From: the human T2T-CHM13v2.0 reference genome, Homo sapiens
Assembly (NCBI RefSeq): GCF_009914755.1
Contig: NC_060926.1
Strand: one strand, 5' to 3'
Length of the DNA: 64,000 nt
Each line of letters begins with the position of its first letter. The stretch's first letter is position 1. This document shows positions 26,308-39,037 of this stretch, piece after piece. The position numbers and the translations under genes are program-made. Under the pieces are notes generated by a model that ran no database searches, was not told the DNA's origin, and saw nothing but the letters and a program-made list of their open reading frames with translations.

Positions 26308-28936
26308 TCAAACCCCTAGAAAGTTTCTTTGTAATAATAGAAAATTATTTTATGTTATTTTTAAACTTCTTTTAATTGTATATTTCCTATTATTTTCATA
26401 TGATTACAAACGTTCCCTCTGTTCTTTCTATATTATCTGTATAGTGTGGTTTCAAAACTTTTTTTTTCAGCTTTCCAGTAGTTCTTAGATTAAGGAAAAA
26501 TGGGAATATTTATATTAGAACATGTCTTACTTTGAATAGAATATATAACTTATTGACCAAGGAAATACAGACAGCAATGAAAGGGCTTTGGGTATATGAC
26601 TCCCAAGCAGTATTACAGAACCCAGTGGGAGGCAGGGGTTGGCCTGGCTAATACTGCTTTTCTTAACTGACTTTTCTTAAAAGTCATTTAATGTTCATCT
26701 CTAGAAAGCTGTTCTTTGCTGATGAAATTTTAACTTAATCTTTTCTAAACAGGGCTAATTTAAAAGCACCTCAAAACTGTTCAGTCCAAATGGTGACCTC
26801 AGTACTTGGTGAGGCTTCAGGGTAGAGAGTAAAGCCACTGAACTTTCTCTCTCTGCTTGGTTTATACTTTGCCTAGCTAACATTAGATTCTCTCTTTTTT
26901 CCCCCCATAAATTGGATATGATGGAATGTGTGGACTGTCCTCATTAATAGATAAACTGAGGCTCAGGCAGAACCTTTCTGTGATTTATCAAGTGTCAGAG
27001 CTGTAGGTTGAATCTTGAGCTTCCCTCCAGGGCCATTCTGTAAGATCACTTGGACCCCAGGGATCCTTCCGCCCCAGTGACTTCAGGTAGCAGCTCATTT
27101 TCTTTTTCCTTAGTGAAAAACAGGCCCAGAGCATGCCCTATATAGTCCATAGTGTGAAAATGAGGTGTTGTTAACAGCAATATAATTAGGTATCTTGTGA
27201 TTACAAATTAGGCAGAAACAATATCTTTTCAAAAGTTACACCACTAAACCTGCACATGCTCCATTTATGAAGAATAAATAGCTACGAATCCTCTAAACAC
27301 TGAGACAAATCTCAAGACTGGCAGATTCTCTTTCCCTGCTCTTCTACCCCTTTACACTGTCTTCCAGAAAACACGTTGCTCTCTCAGCAGTGGTGCAGTT
27401 AAGAGCTCTCTACACCCTCTTCCTCTGGATGTTCAAGCAGGCAAATATAAAGTCTATTTGTAAAAAAAAACCCTGTTCATTTAAATAACTTAAATGCCAT
27501 TTTTATAACTCATAAGTATAGCACTGACCACTGTAATTTAATAGCCTCAGTTAGCTGGATGGCTAAAATACACAATTCAATCATAACATGGGCTGTACTA
27601 TTTTCGTAGAAGGCTTTCCTTTGGTAATAAGTACACCTCACTAAAAAACTGAGAATGAAAGCATGACACTGTGATTAACTCCATGTCGTCTTTACCACAG
27701 CAGGAACTCACAGCAAATTCTACCCTAGGAAAGTGCTAATACTTATTAATTGGGAAGAACACTGAAGAAAAGTATACCGTAAGATGTTTGGACACTATTT
27801 TTTTTTACAGAAAAGAATATAATATGAAAACTGCTTTGGAATTATGTTCTATTGTTTCATGGTCCATATGGGGTTGTTGCATTATGTTAATTATTAACAA
27901 GATTAAAAAAATTAAACGGAAGTATGTTAGTTCTACTTGAAGGCCGTATGTCTAAACTGCTCATGGAAGGTTTTTGGCAACTCTAATCCTCATATACTTT
28001 ATTTCTCTGTGTCTTTTTTGTTATTGAGAGAAGGCCCCAATGGATTCTCAAAAGTCTCTACGACCTTATATTAAGTACATTATAAGGGAATGTCAATTTT
28101 CATATGGGAATATGGTCTGTTACAACCTACTTGGGGATTCTAAAACCTAAACTTTTGCAGTGAGCTTTATCTATCCAACCCACCATAAAAAGTTACTGTT
28201 CAAAGGGAAGACAAAGGAAATAACTTCCCCAGGATTGAATAGAATTTTCCCCAAACATTAAGATTGCCTTCAATTATGATAAAAATGGATTACTTGCTGT
28301 CAACGGGAATGATAGCAAAACCTGGATTGAGGGAAGAAACACTTTTTTGAAAAACTATAATAAACACTGAAATAAAACAAAAAATAACATTCAGAAATTG
28401 TAAATGAAAAAAATATTAAAGTTTCTGAAAAAGACATTATTAATTGTTATTCTGTTTGCTGAACATTCCAAATATTCAGTTTTCCATTTCAATAGTTTTT
28501 CCTTACCAAAAATTATTAGCAACAATGGTATTCTTGAACAACTTATTTTTTAAAAAGCCACAAGGAATACGTTTGATGAAATCTCCATTTATATTTCTGA
28601 AATACAATTTCAAATAAGAATTCTCACTAGGATTATTTTTCTTAAATTACTAAATTGAACATATCCTCTCATTTATTATACATGTACAAGAATGCTGAGT
28701 AGTTCAATTTTCATGCGTAGAACAATTACTTAAATGCTTTAAAACACTCCCAAAAGATAACATAGTTCTGAAGAGTACACAGGTACTCAAGTATCAAGAA
28801 AAGCAATTCTGTCCTTATGGTTATTAACAAGAGACTAGCTAAGCCTGCTTCTACCAAAATGTCAACTACTGTCAACATTTTTAGAGAAAGTTCTTACGCT
28901 TATCTATACCATCCTTTAACTCATCCAAGTTATAAC

Positions 28937-29054
28937 TAGGGTGAAGATGTAATTTATTATCCAAACCAGGAAAGTTTAGAGAATGAAAGGGGATGCTTAT
29001 TAATAGTCATAGGCCAGGAAGGCCCCAAGAAAATCAAGCTAAATGGTCACCTTA
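28937..29054 (+). mobile_element. MER94-like hAT-Blackjack MITE
   Basis: TIRs tagggtga... / ...ggtcacctta; aatttattatccaaaccagga; 8-bp TSD gttataac / gttatagc. Confidence 0.85.
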
Positions 29055-29975
29055 GTTATAGCCATCCCCCTTCATAATCTTTCTCCTGTCAAGAGTGTAC
29101 ACATGAAGTAGTCCCCTTCTCCCAATTACAATTTTCATTTCCAGGGCATATAAGTCAAGATGAGAAAGGGAATAGGGGAGGGAAGATCAGGCAGACTTCT
29201 TTCAACTTTGTAAAAGAAAAGCAGGCAAAAAGAAACAGAAGACCAAGGAAAGCAAAATCAGTTACTAAGGGAAGGCAAAAGTTAAAAAAATTCACTTCAC
29301 TCCCCCAATTATTTGTTTTCAGCTTGTTTTTGCTTTCCTTTTAGCTCTTAGCCTAGTAGTATAGATTAGTAGTTCGTTTAGATTAGTAATTTGTTATTGT
29401 TATACAGCAGTTGTAACTTCAACTTAATTTGGCAGTCACACAAATACATCTAAATAAACATTAGAATAAGAAGTGGTTAATTCCATCAAGTTTCATTAAT
29501 GAACAGTACTCAAAGCTACTGAAAATGGTCCAGTGCTCTCAAATGGCAGTATGCTAATTTAGTCATGGTCAACTCATCATCATACACTTTATAATATACC
29601 TACTTTTTTGCGTATGTTACAGCAGGGAAGAGACTGTTCACCACTACTGATTTCTACTCTTCTTTGTGACTACCTATATCTAAGCCCCAATGTTCTGATT
29701 GTAAGTCACAGAAAATAATACCTTAACATATGACTTGAGCCAGCAAATGGCACTTGGCCTAAGGTTGACTCAGTTACTAAAACTACCATCACTGCTGTAA
29801 GCCCATTATATGCTGATGTTATTTTTGACACTAGTATTTTTGAAGCCAGTTCAGATAAAGAGGAGGCTCAGTGCCAAAATATGCTTGTAAGTAAGTAGGA
29901 CTCTCCTCTCAGGACAACAATATCTTATTCAAACCATGATACCAAGCCATTGTCTCAGTTGATATAGGTAAACTC

Positions 29976-30149
29976 TTTTTTTTTTTTTTCTGTTTTGTTT
30001 TTTTTAGACAAGGTCTCATTCTTTCACCCCAGCTCAGTGCAGTGGCCTAATCATGGTTTACTGCAGGCTCAACCTCCTGGACTTAAGCAATCCCTCCACC
30101 TCAGCATTCTGAGTAGCTGGGTACAGGCACATATGCCCATGTGCAGCTA
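29976..30149 (-). mobile_element. Alu right monomer (FRAM/AluJ-like)
   Basis: T-rich tail, agacaaggtctcattct...aacctcctggacttaagcaatcc; possible TSD gtaaact / gtgaact. Confidence 0.9.
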
Positions 30150-30484
30150 GTGAACTTAAGTTAGAAACGACTAGAAAAAAACTTTGTAGACCTGTGATAA
30201 TATGATAAAGCAAATTTTATGTAGGCATAAGATAAATGCCAATAAAAATAATCTTTTATCTTTACTTACTTTACTATTAATCACCCAATAGGAAATTTAT
30301 AGTGAAAAAAATGAAAACTATCACTTAAAAGAATTAATGAAGATCTGAAACTAGGAAGATTCAAAGGAAAAAAATCATCCATAGGGTATCTGATCTTTTT
30401 ATTACTACTTCCAAAATGAAAAATTTTGCCTTCCTCAATGAAATGGCTTTCTAAGGCCTTTTTAATTTAAATCATTATGTCCCT

Positions 30485-30802
30485 GTGGGAGATACTTATG
30501 GATTATTCAACAACTATGCCAACTTTCTTCTAATGTTTCTTCCTGTAAAGCTTAAAAACTACATTTCCTATATGTTCTCCCATGGATGGTTTGGGTTCCA
30601 TCATTCAGGAATGCTAAAATAGGTCACATGGGCCTAAGATCTGGCTGTAATGCTGTGGGCTGTGGCAGAGGTGCAGGGTGGTGATGCTTCCTAATGGTGG
30701 CAGCAGCTGCAGCTCTTTGAGCAGCCCAGTTCTCTGATAGGGCTTTAGAAGTCATATCTAGAAACTCAAGCTAAAGGTTGTTTTTCAGCCATCCCAGATA
30801 TT
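30485..30802 (+). mobile_element. MaLR LTR, MLT1G-like, 3' end missing
   Basis: aaaaactacatttcc; tagaagtcatatctagaaactcaagctaaaggttgtttttcagccatccca; cut by the Alu tail. Confidence 0.7.
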
Positions 30803-30960
30803 CTTTTTTTTTTTTTCTTCCAGAGACAGGGTCTCACTCTGTTGCCCAGGCTGGAGTGAAGTAGTATGATCACAGCTCACTACAATCTTGACCTCCTGGG
30901 CTCCAGCGATCTGCATACCTAAGCGCAACCCACCCCCAAGTAGCTGGAACCACAAGCACA
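30803..30960 (-). mobile_element. AluJ right-monomer fragment
   Basis: poly-T, gagacagggtctcactctgttgcccaggctggagtg...gatcacagctcactacaatcttgacctcctgggctc. Confidence 0.92.
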
Positions 30961-30969
30961 TTAGGCACG

Positions 30970-31046
30970 TTATCGCACCATTGCGCTCCGCACTCCAGCC
31001 TGAGCAACAGAGTGAGACCCTGTCTAAAAAAAAAAGAAAAAGAAAA
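30970..31046 (+). mobile_element. Alu 3'-terminal fragment with A tail
   Basis: atcgcaccattgc...cactccagcctgagcaacagagtgagaccctgtct followed by aaaaaaaaaagaaaaagaaaa. Confidence 0.9.
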
Positions 31047-31250
31047 TAACTGGTGAGTTCCTGAATCCAGGAATATGTGCATTTATAACTTCATAGAAAC
31101 TATCTACAGAATACAGCATTTTAAAAAAATTGTTTTCAGAGCAAGCATTTTGTAAACAATTTAGGAGTGGGTATATATAAAAATTTCAAGGAACTACTAT
31201 TTTCTCTACTAAATTCTTCAAAATCTTTAGTGGATGGACTTTTAATATCT

Positions 31251-32415
31251 CTAATAGGTTTCTATTGCTGCATAACAAATTACTCAAGAAAAAATCAGTG
31301 GCTTGGAACAATACCCATTTATTACCTCATAGTTCTGTAGGTTAGAAGTCTGAGTGGGTGTGACTGGATTCTCTGCTTAGGGTGTCACAGGCGTTGAACA
31401 GGATAGACTCTTACTTACAGGCTCTCAATTCTTTCCCCTGGACTACTGGTTCTGCTTGCTGAGTCATTCATCTTTTTTGAACAGTAGTTTGAAACTAAGT
31501 AGTTTTATCAGCCTGCTTTCTGCAAGTGGAATTTTGGTATCTAACAGCCTTTTTTTCACTTTGTAGTCTCCCTGTTCCTTTCAGTCCAAGCTGGCAGTTT
31601 TCTGCTGATATAATTTTCTCAAAAACTTAGTGAATCTCTTGTGGATGACACAGAGATGTTCTCTATCAGACTGAGGCCACATCTACAAATCTTTTTGAGA
31701 CTTCCTCTATCGTTGGCTTCTGTTGAGATGGCTGAGGGCAACATTCTTAAGGTTTACTGAAGCCCTCTAAGTTGGTATCTATTAGGCACAACTTTAGTGT
31801 CTTAGGGCCAAACACTAATCTTTTGATCTTTCAAAGTTTCAGCAAAGAGTTGTACAACCACACCCTTGGCTTTTCTTTTTCCTATGCCACACTTTCAGAA
31901 GCAATCTCTTACTTTTACCATCTTTTGTCATCTGAATAGACTGATAATATCTCAAATTGTCAAGACTGAGTTTCTTTTTGTTTAATAGTTTACCCCAATT
32001 TATCTCTCTGACATTTTACTCTAAGCAGCAAGAGTAAAATGGTAGTAAAAGAGTAAAACTCTGAGCAGGCCACATTTTCAACACTTTGCTTGAAAATTTC
32101 CTTAGCTAGATATCCTTGCTCATCTTTCACAGGTTCTCTTTTCCACATAACTGAAGGAGACAATTCCACTAAGCCTTTTTGCCACTATGTAACAAGGATC
32201 TATCTCCATTCTTTCAGTTCCCAATAATTTGTTTCCCATATCTTACTGAGCCCCTACCAGCAGAGTCTTTAATGTCCATATTTCTACTAAGTCTGTTCAA
32301 AGCAATCAAGGATTTTTCTATCATGCTCCTCTAAATTGTTCCAGCCTCTATCCACTTTCTGATTTCTTACATTTTTAACTACTTGTTATGGCAGCACGCC
32401 ACTTCAGGTACCTAA
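31251..32415 (-). mobile_element. MaLR provirus remnant: MLT1E/F-like LTR 3' part (~31251-31430) plus MLT1 internal sequence
   Basis: ctattgctgcataacaaattac...agtggcttggaacaatacccatttatt...agttctgtaggttagaagtctg is the antisense LTR end; ttgttatggcagcacgccacttcaggtacc is the reverse complement of the MaLR internal start. Confidence 0.85.
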
Positions 32416-34236
32416 TTTATATCTTCAGAAAAGTTCTACTTCCCTTGGTGGTTATATTTTTAACAGCCACAAATCTGGGTTTTATATTTTTATGGTGAGT
32501 TTACTGCATCATTTTGTCTTAAAAGGTACAGCAACACTTTAACACAGTTTAGTGGTAGCCAAAGTCTAGGATGTATATATTACTTTGACTGTTTTTTACA
32601 TATAAAATGTACTATGTTGACACCTAAGTTTGGATACAGGCATAACTTAATATGTCAATGACTGCATATACAAAGTTAATCTGTATCCTTCACAGTCAGT
32701 AGCTTTACTCTTGAAATTATGATTTCATTAGTCTTTCATGTTCCTTCCATCCACCTTTCTTGTAGTCACTCCATCTGAGCTTTTCACACGACATACGCAC
32801 AGATATCTTTGTGCCAATTATTCATGGGTCCTATTGATACAAGTTATATAATACCATCTTATTTTGCATTTTAATGTGGCCTGGGAACATTGGAATGTTT
32901 TATGAGGTTGATATGAAATATATATTATGTTCATGTCTTACAGTCAGAAAAAGAAAGATAAATAATATTATTGCCCCATAAGTCTTTTTTTCTTGGTTTG
33001 AAGTTCAAATTCTAAGTTGAAGTGTCCCAATACCAAAAATTAACCATATGAAAAACTCTCTGAAAAGATTAATTCAACTTTCACAATGTGAAGAAGTAAA
33101 AATCATCTTCACTAGAGCTCAAGATTTGAAAATGTCAGTCCAAAGAGAAAATCTTGAAATAATTCCAAGTTAGCAAGAATAAAAAAAGATGTCTAATATA
33201 ATTGCCATGGTAATTACAGTATACCCTGTTACAAACTAGTTTGTGGTTAGTAAAGTGCTTTTTTTTATATTAGATTCTTTAGGATGAAGACATACTCAAT
33301 GAATACAAAGTTTTGAAAACTAAAAAATAATATTAGTAAATTGTGACATGCTTTCAGAAAGATATTTTAAAAATACAGCCCAAACTAAAACCCATTAAAA
33401 TGAGCTTGTTTTCTTAATATTCCTGAGACGACTCAACTGCCTCCCCTGCCGTGTTTGTTTGTGGCGCTCTAGTTCATGTGTTTTCTAGTCTGCATCCTGC
33501 TCCACCGTGATGAGAAATACTATCTTGAATGGGGTATGGACTGGGCTTTTCTGTGATTAAGGTTAATTGTTGTTACATTATGCAGCTCACTACAGATGTT
33601 TCCTTGTTCTATATCCTCCTCATCATGGCATGGTTCTAACGTGCTTTAGTCTTAAGTGTTCAAAGCATGTTACAGACTTTTTTTGATGAGTAAATCGTGA
33701 TATATTTGAATATGTCAAATATGAAGTCCATTTATTATATATATAAAACCTGTAATATTCTGATATGTATTTATTAAAAAATAAAACCTCTATGTATGAG
33801 GTGGTGGTGAAAATATGCACGATACACCAAAAGCATGAATCATATATTAGAATTTGGATTCTGAAAATCCCATAAAGTTGTAATAAATGCCATAATAAAT
33901 TCCATGAAACTAAGGTTTTGCCTGCACAAGAACTTTTGAAATTGTGACATCTTATACCTGGATGTTTGGTACATAAAAATATTAGCCTTAACTTTATTGT
34001 TCAACTTTCTAAAAAGAATTTACTAATTCTTATGGTTCAGAAATTTTATTTTGGAAACAAAAAGGATTTGTTATATTGATTCTTTTAATAAATTAGTGGG
34101 ACACCTTGCTATAAGCAACAGATTTTTATATTAAGTGCTTTAGATGTTTACAGTAAAAAGAAGAGAATGATCCCTAATTAAAGACATTTATTGTAAAGAA
34201 TTCTAAAATATGTGAGGAATCATGATTTAATCTATA

Positions 34237-34348
34237 CAGTCATGAGTCGCGTAATGATTCTGTCAATGATAGATTGCATATACAATGGTCCCTTAAGATT
34301 ATATAATACTGCTTTTTTGCTGTACCTTTTCTATGCTTAGATACACCA
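34237..34348 (-). mobile_element. Tigger3-type (TcMar) terminal fragment
   Basis: ta|cagtcatgagtcgcgtaatga...gcatatacaatggtcccttaagattat...ctgtaccttttctatgcttagatacac. Confidence 0.85.
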
Positions 34349-34349
34349 A

Positions 34350-34470
34350 AGTTTCTGGATTTAGAAACAGAGGTCCAAGAAGACTAAGGGACTTGCTCAG
34401 AACTATGCCCTTTGAGTTTCATGATCAGAATATCAGACCCAGATCTTCTGATTCCGAAAATCACAGGTCT
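34350..34470 (-). mobile_element. MIR core fragment
   Basis: gaaacagaggtccaagaagactaagggacttgctcaga...gacccagatcttctgattcc. Confidence 0.6.
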
Positions 34471-37221
34471 ATACAACTTGCCACTTTTGTGACTTAATGT
34501 CAAGTTTGTGTAGATGGGAAGTATTTAAAACAGTAAAAAGCAATGGAAACAAAGTGATAATTTTTGATAAACAAATGTTTAGTTTCAACTAATTGCCAAA
34601 ATGTATCAGTCACAACAGAATTAATGGGAGAAAACTTAGGGAAATGCTTTAATCTTCCTTAATTAATATTTCATTAAAATAACTTAAAAATAAGAATGTT
34701 TTTATAGTTTTATGTGGAACTGTTTTCTCTCCAGCTTTCTGTCTGTTAAAATATCTCCATTAAGTTATTTAAATGTCATGGCCTTCCATGTCGATACAGT
34801 GTTTTTCCTTAAGTAGGTACCCAATAAACATGCTGAAAGACAAAAGCAGATCCTGGGCATTCCTTAAAACACCAACAAGGATACCAGTACTAACTAGATC
34901 AAACAAGTGATTGTGTAGAAGAGAAATAAGAGAACCAAGCAGTCTCTTGAAAATTCAAATAACATTCTGAAGACTGATGGTAGCCAGGTTTGATGACTTA
35001 GTAAAAAACAGAATATGGAAGTATATATCAGTGATTCAGGAAGAAATTTCTTCTATGGTGAGGCGTAAACACCCTTCCCCCATCCTATTGGGCTACGAGG
35101 CAAAGCTGCTGGCTCTGGGCTGCTCTGTCCAGGTGGATGCTTCATGGTACATGGATTGCGTTAACCATTTTGAATATGCCATTATGACTATGTGGAAGAA
35201 AGAAGTAATCATGAACTGCATCCACTAACCTGTATTGTGATCTCTCATTTGTTTATTGGTTCATTAGTAAACCTAAATGGAAACAACTCTAAATGATGTC
35301 TGATTCTTCAATTGTGCCAATCTTCCAGCCCAGAACAGATTTAATGGTCTGGCTTAGCCTAAGGCCAACCATCATTGCTTAGAAAATGTCTGCAAACATA
35401 AGGGTTATATAATGACAGATATAATCTGAATTGCAACAATGGGCTCAATAAAGAAACGCCAGCATGTTGAGAACTAAAGACATCACTTAAAAACAATTGA
35501 CATTTCTTTAAAATATCATTTTGATATGCAATTAAAGAAGGAGGTTTAGCATCGTGACTAAAAAAACTACAAATGTAAGTTGGATGCTGACAAGTTTGAC
35601 AATAAAGTGAATTACTTCTGCAGGCAAGTCAACAAGGAAATCTAATAATATTCTAGTCAAAGGAGAGTTGCATAGCTTCCTAAGGTAGCTACTCCAAATG
35701 AGAAAATATTTCTCTGAATATGTAAGCCAAGGTATCCATTTCTATATCTTTTGGGTCAAATAATTTATCTCTCAAATCTCTGCACAGGGAGACTCCTTCA
35801 TACTGAAAGAATAATTAATGTAATATTTTATTTTTGGTCCTACAGGGGCATTGCCATTTAAGTTGCTTAACAGAGCTAAAGTAATAGTCTTGCAATTATT
35901 ATTTTGTATGATTCCATTTGTCAGTCTTAACTACTTCATTGTGAGCTCCTTGAAGACAAGAACCAACCCCGTGTTATTTACTTTTCTTCCTCCATTACAG
36001 AGTGCCTAAAGAAAGTTCCCAGAATTATATTACTCTAGTAGAAAGACCCACATTACATTTAGAAAAAAACATTTCCAACTCTGACTTTCTTACATAATAG
36101 CAGCATTTAGACTCTCACTGAAGGAAATGGTGTAGTACAGATGAGTTTCTCAAAAGTTTTATAAATATATGTGGATAGAAAAGAGGACAAAGTGAAGGTG
36201 ACATTATAAACACATAGGCCATTTCATTCTTGGATGAATGAATGCATATAACCCAGTTGGGTATCCCAGTCAGCATCATTTTCTTGTATATAAAAGACAA
36301 AAATGCATATTCTTACAAACCTTTGAAATATATACATTAGAGACCCTGGGTATATTTCTAAAGCAACATCTAAAAGCTGCATTTAGGTTTGGGGATGCAG
36401 CCAGCTTATTTGATAGCTTTATGCTGAGGGAAGAGGAGTAAGCGTTTTGGGCTGGGTGAAGCAAGAATGAGATTTTGAAGTTCACTAAGCAAATTCTGAA
36501 AATATCTCAAAGCAATAATGAAATATTCATTTTATGTATAAAATTCTTGGTTATAATCTAGGATTATCATTTTTATGCCTTATGAGACTGGGTAACAGCT
36601 ATAGAGTAAACATTTTTTTCTGACTTTTAACATAATAGCAACTACACTATAAAGTTTCTAAATCTAAGTATGATAATAGTTTGCAGTTTTATGTTGCTAG
36701 TTCTACTTTTTCATAGCTCTGGCATTGTGTATAAAATAGAACCTGATATAAAAACTAATCTTGCCTTGTGCCCCAGTGACTTGAAGAATCCTTCACTTTC
36801 AAATTACAGTTACCACTTGAATTTGGGACACTATTTTAGCAATGTATATATTTACATTTATATATATGAGTTACTTGAAATTTTGTATTAATTGCAATGT
36901 ACTCATTACAAATATTCTTTGAGGTCAATAACTATAAGGTCCCTTAAAGAATCAAGAGAGCCAGCAATATTATTACACTAAAATGTAATGATCAAAGAAA
37001 AAGTTTCAGCTTTTAAACACCTTTTGCCCCAAATATGCCATGAGGACTATCTGAATTTCTCCTGTTAAAGCTATGATCTGCTATGCTTTTCACTATGACA
37101 AGCTCTCAGAGTCAACAAGAAAAAGATTTTAGGGGCAGAATTAAAATGATTCTGTTTTTACTGCTTAGTAACTAACCTACAATTCTCATCACATTGATGG
37201 GAAATGTATATAAAGTCTATG

Positions 37222-37383
37222 GCATCAAATAAAATTAAATGTCTCTTTGTAGTATATTCTACAAGAAAGAAAAATATAAACATAGTATATCAAAATTTTC
37301 AAAGATATTTATGCAATACTCAGAACTGTCCACTAAGAAAAGGTGCAATTAGAATTAGACTATTTGTATGAGCTTATTTTAAA
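37222..37383 (+). repeat. Dispersed direct repeat A, copy 1 (copy 2 at 39038-39203)
   Basis: gcatcaaataaaattaaatg...atgagcttattttaaa alignable end to end with the copy 1816 bp downstream. Confidence 0.9.
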
Positions 37384-37440
37384 GACACCATACAATTATA
37401 GGTTCAGTCTCATTAACTAAAACACAACATGTATGCTTTC

Positions 37441-37676
37441 TTTCTTGAGACAAAGGCTCTGTCGCCCTGGGTTCAAGCGATTCTCGTGCTCAGCCTCCTG
37501 AGTAGCTAGGATTACAGGCATGTGCCACCACGCCTGGCTAATTTTTGTATTTTTAGTAGAGACAGGGTTTCACCATGTTGGCCAGGCTGGTCTCAAACTC
37601 CTGACCTCAGGTGATCCACCTGCCTTGGCCTCCTCCCAAAGTGCTGGGATTACAGGTGTGAGCCATCGCACCCAGC
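37441..37676 (-). mobile_element. AluSx-like with ~49-nt internal deletion in the right monomer
   Basis: gctctgtcgccc joined directly to tgggttcaagcgattctc; left monomer complete; very short tail. Confidence 0.95.
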
Positions 37677-38309
37677 TTCTTTTTTTTTTAAGTTAAAATA
37701 ATTATGAACATTCTACTTAGCATAAATCACCTAAGACTGCTAATTGGAATTACATTTTTTAAACTACGCAAGGGTTTGTTTTTCTATTAGCTCATGTAAA
37801 TGACTAAATGACTCAGACATTTTTGCCTTCTACAGTGGTAAATACCACGTAAGTTTTCAAGAGAAAACATCATATATATTGGCAACAAATGAGAGTCTGG
37901 GAAACCAGAATGATTTTCCAATGGAGTAATTTTATTTTTTAATAGAAGTTATGATAATTCAAATGTTACATTAGAAAACAAACTCTTGACACGGGAACAA
38001 ACATTACATACTTGAAAGGTACATGCATTTCCACAGGTATGTCTTAAGCAATAACTCATTAAAGGAGTGCTTTTTGGTATTTATTTTTCACTGTTGATTA
38101 GTATTTTAAAAGCTTTTTCTGTGTAAAGATGTTAAAATTTTCCTTAAATACCTCTAAAGATCAATATAATTCCACAAGTATTTTCAAACCAATTTGAAAT
38201 TAAACAATGTGATTCTTACTATTTAATTTTCTTCCTCATCGATTTGGATTTCTCTAAAATTGACTGGGCCTTAGGTAACAGTATTGCCAGGACAGAAAAG
38301 AGGAGGAAC

Positions 38310-38535
38310 ACATTGGTGCTGAAGTAGGACAAATGTGGATTCAAGTTTGGCTCTGCGTTTTTTGATCTGGGGGCCCTAGACACATCAGTCTATCTAAGCC
38401 ACAATTTCCTCACCTATGAAGTAAGGATAACAGTATTACCCATCTTTATAGGGCTGCATTGATTGAGAGATAGCGTGTCTCTCATTTAAAGCCACACAGG
38501 GCTTAGCAGAGTGCACACACTCAATATATGTTAGC
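38310..38535 (+). mobile_element. MIR SINE
   Basis: tggattcaagtttggctctgc...ctaagccacaatttcctcacctatgaagtaaggataacagta...gcttagcagagtgc...ctcaatatatgttag. Confidence 0.8.
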
Positions 38536-38779
38536 GATCTTCCAAGGCAGCCCAGATTAGTTTGGTTGCAGTAGGGTCTGGTTCAGTATATAAACATTGG
38601 TAAAGCTTTGGTCTTTTAAAATAGGGTTTCAGAATCTCATTTTTCAAAAGAAATTCTTTTCCATCCCAAAACCAAGACAATGACCCAGGATCTTTAAACA
38701 ACAATTTTGTTTTATAGCTTTCAGTGTATCATGGTGGAGACTGGCATAATCACAGTGTAGATTCGTATGGTTCTTTATA

Positions 38780-38975
38780 GTATTCAGAGTGCTAGCTCCT
38801 ATATTATATCATGTGATTGTAGCAACAATTCTCTGAGGAAGGTAAAGAAAATAGTGTCTCCAGTTGACCCATGATAAAAACAGATTGACAGTAGTTACTT
38901 GAAAAATCTCACAGGGTTAGTCACTGATGAAAATAGGACTAGATTCAGTACTTTATCTTAGGCCAGTAATTCCTC
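38780..38975 (-). mobile_element. MIR SINE (degenerate)
   Basis: caacaattctctgaggaaggta...atgataaaaacagatt...ttacttgaaaaatctcacagggttagt...aggactagattcag. Confidence 0.55.
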
Positions 38976-39037
38976 CATATACTCGCTCTCCAAATGAACT
39001 ACAATAATTCTATATTTATGGGAGAGTAAACAGGAAT

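Noticed and set aside
30900-30990. Possible 7SL RNA pseudogene
   Set aside because: The 7SL S-domain sequence is absent; better explained by two Alu fragments plus filler.
32570-32690. Weak decayed palindrome (ttgacacctaagtt ... aacttaatatgtcaa)
   Set aside because: Short, AT-rich and gapped; not distinguishable from chance.
34977-35228. 83-aa ORF in a slightly GC-richer unique patch
   Set aside because: No recognisable homology or exon structure.
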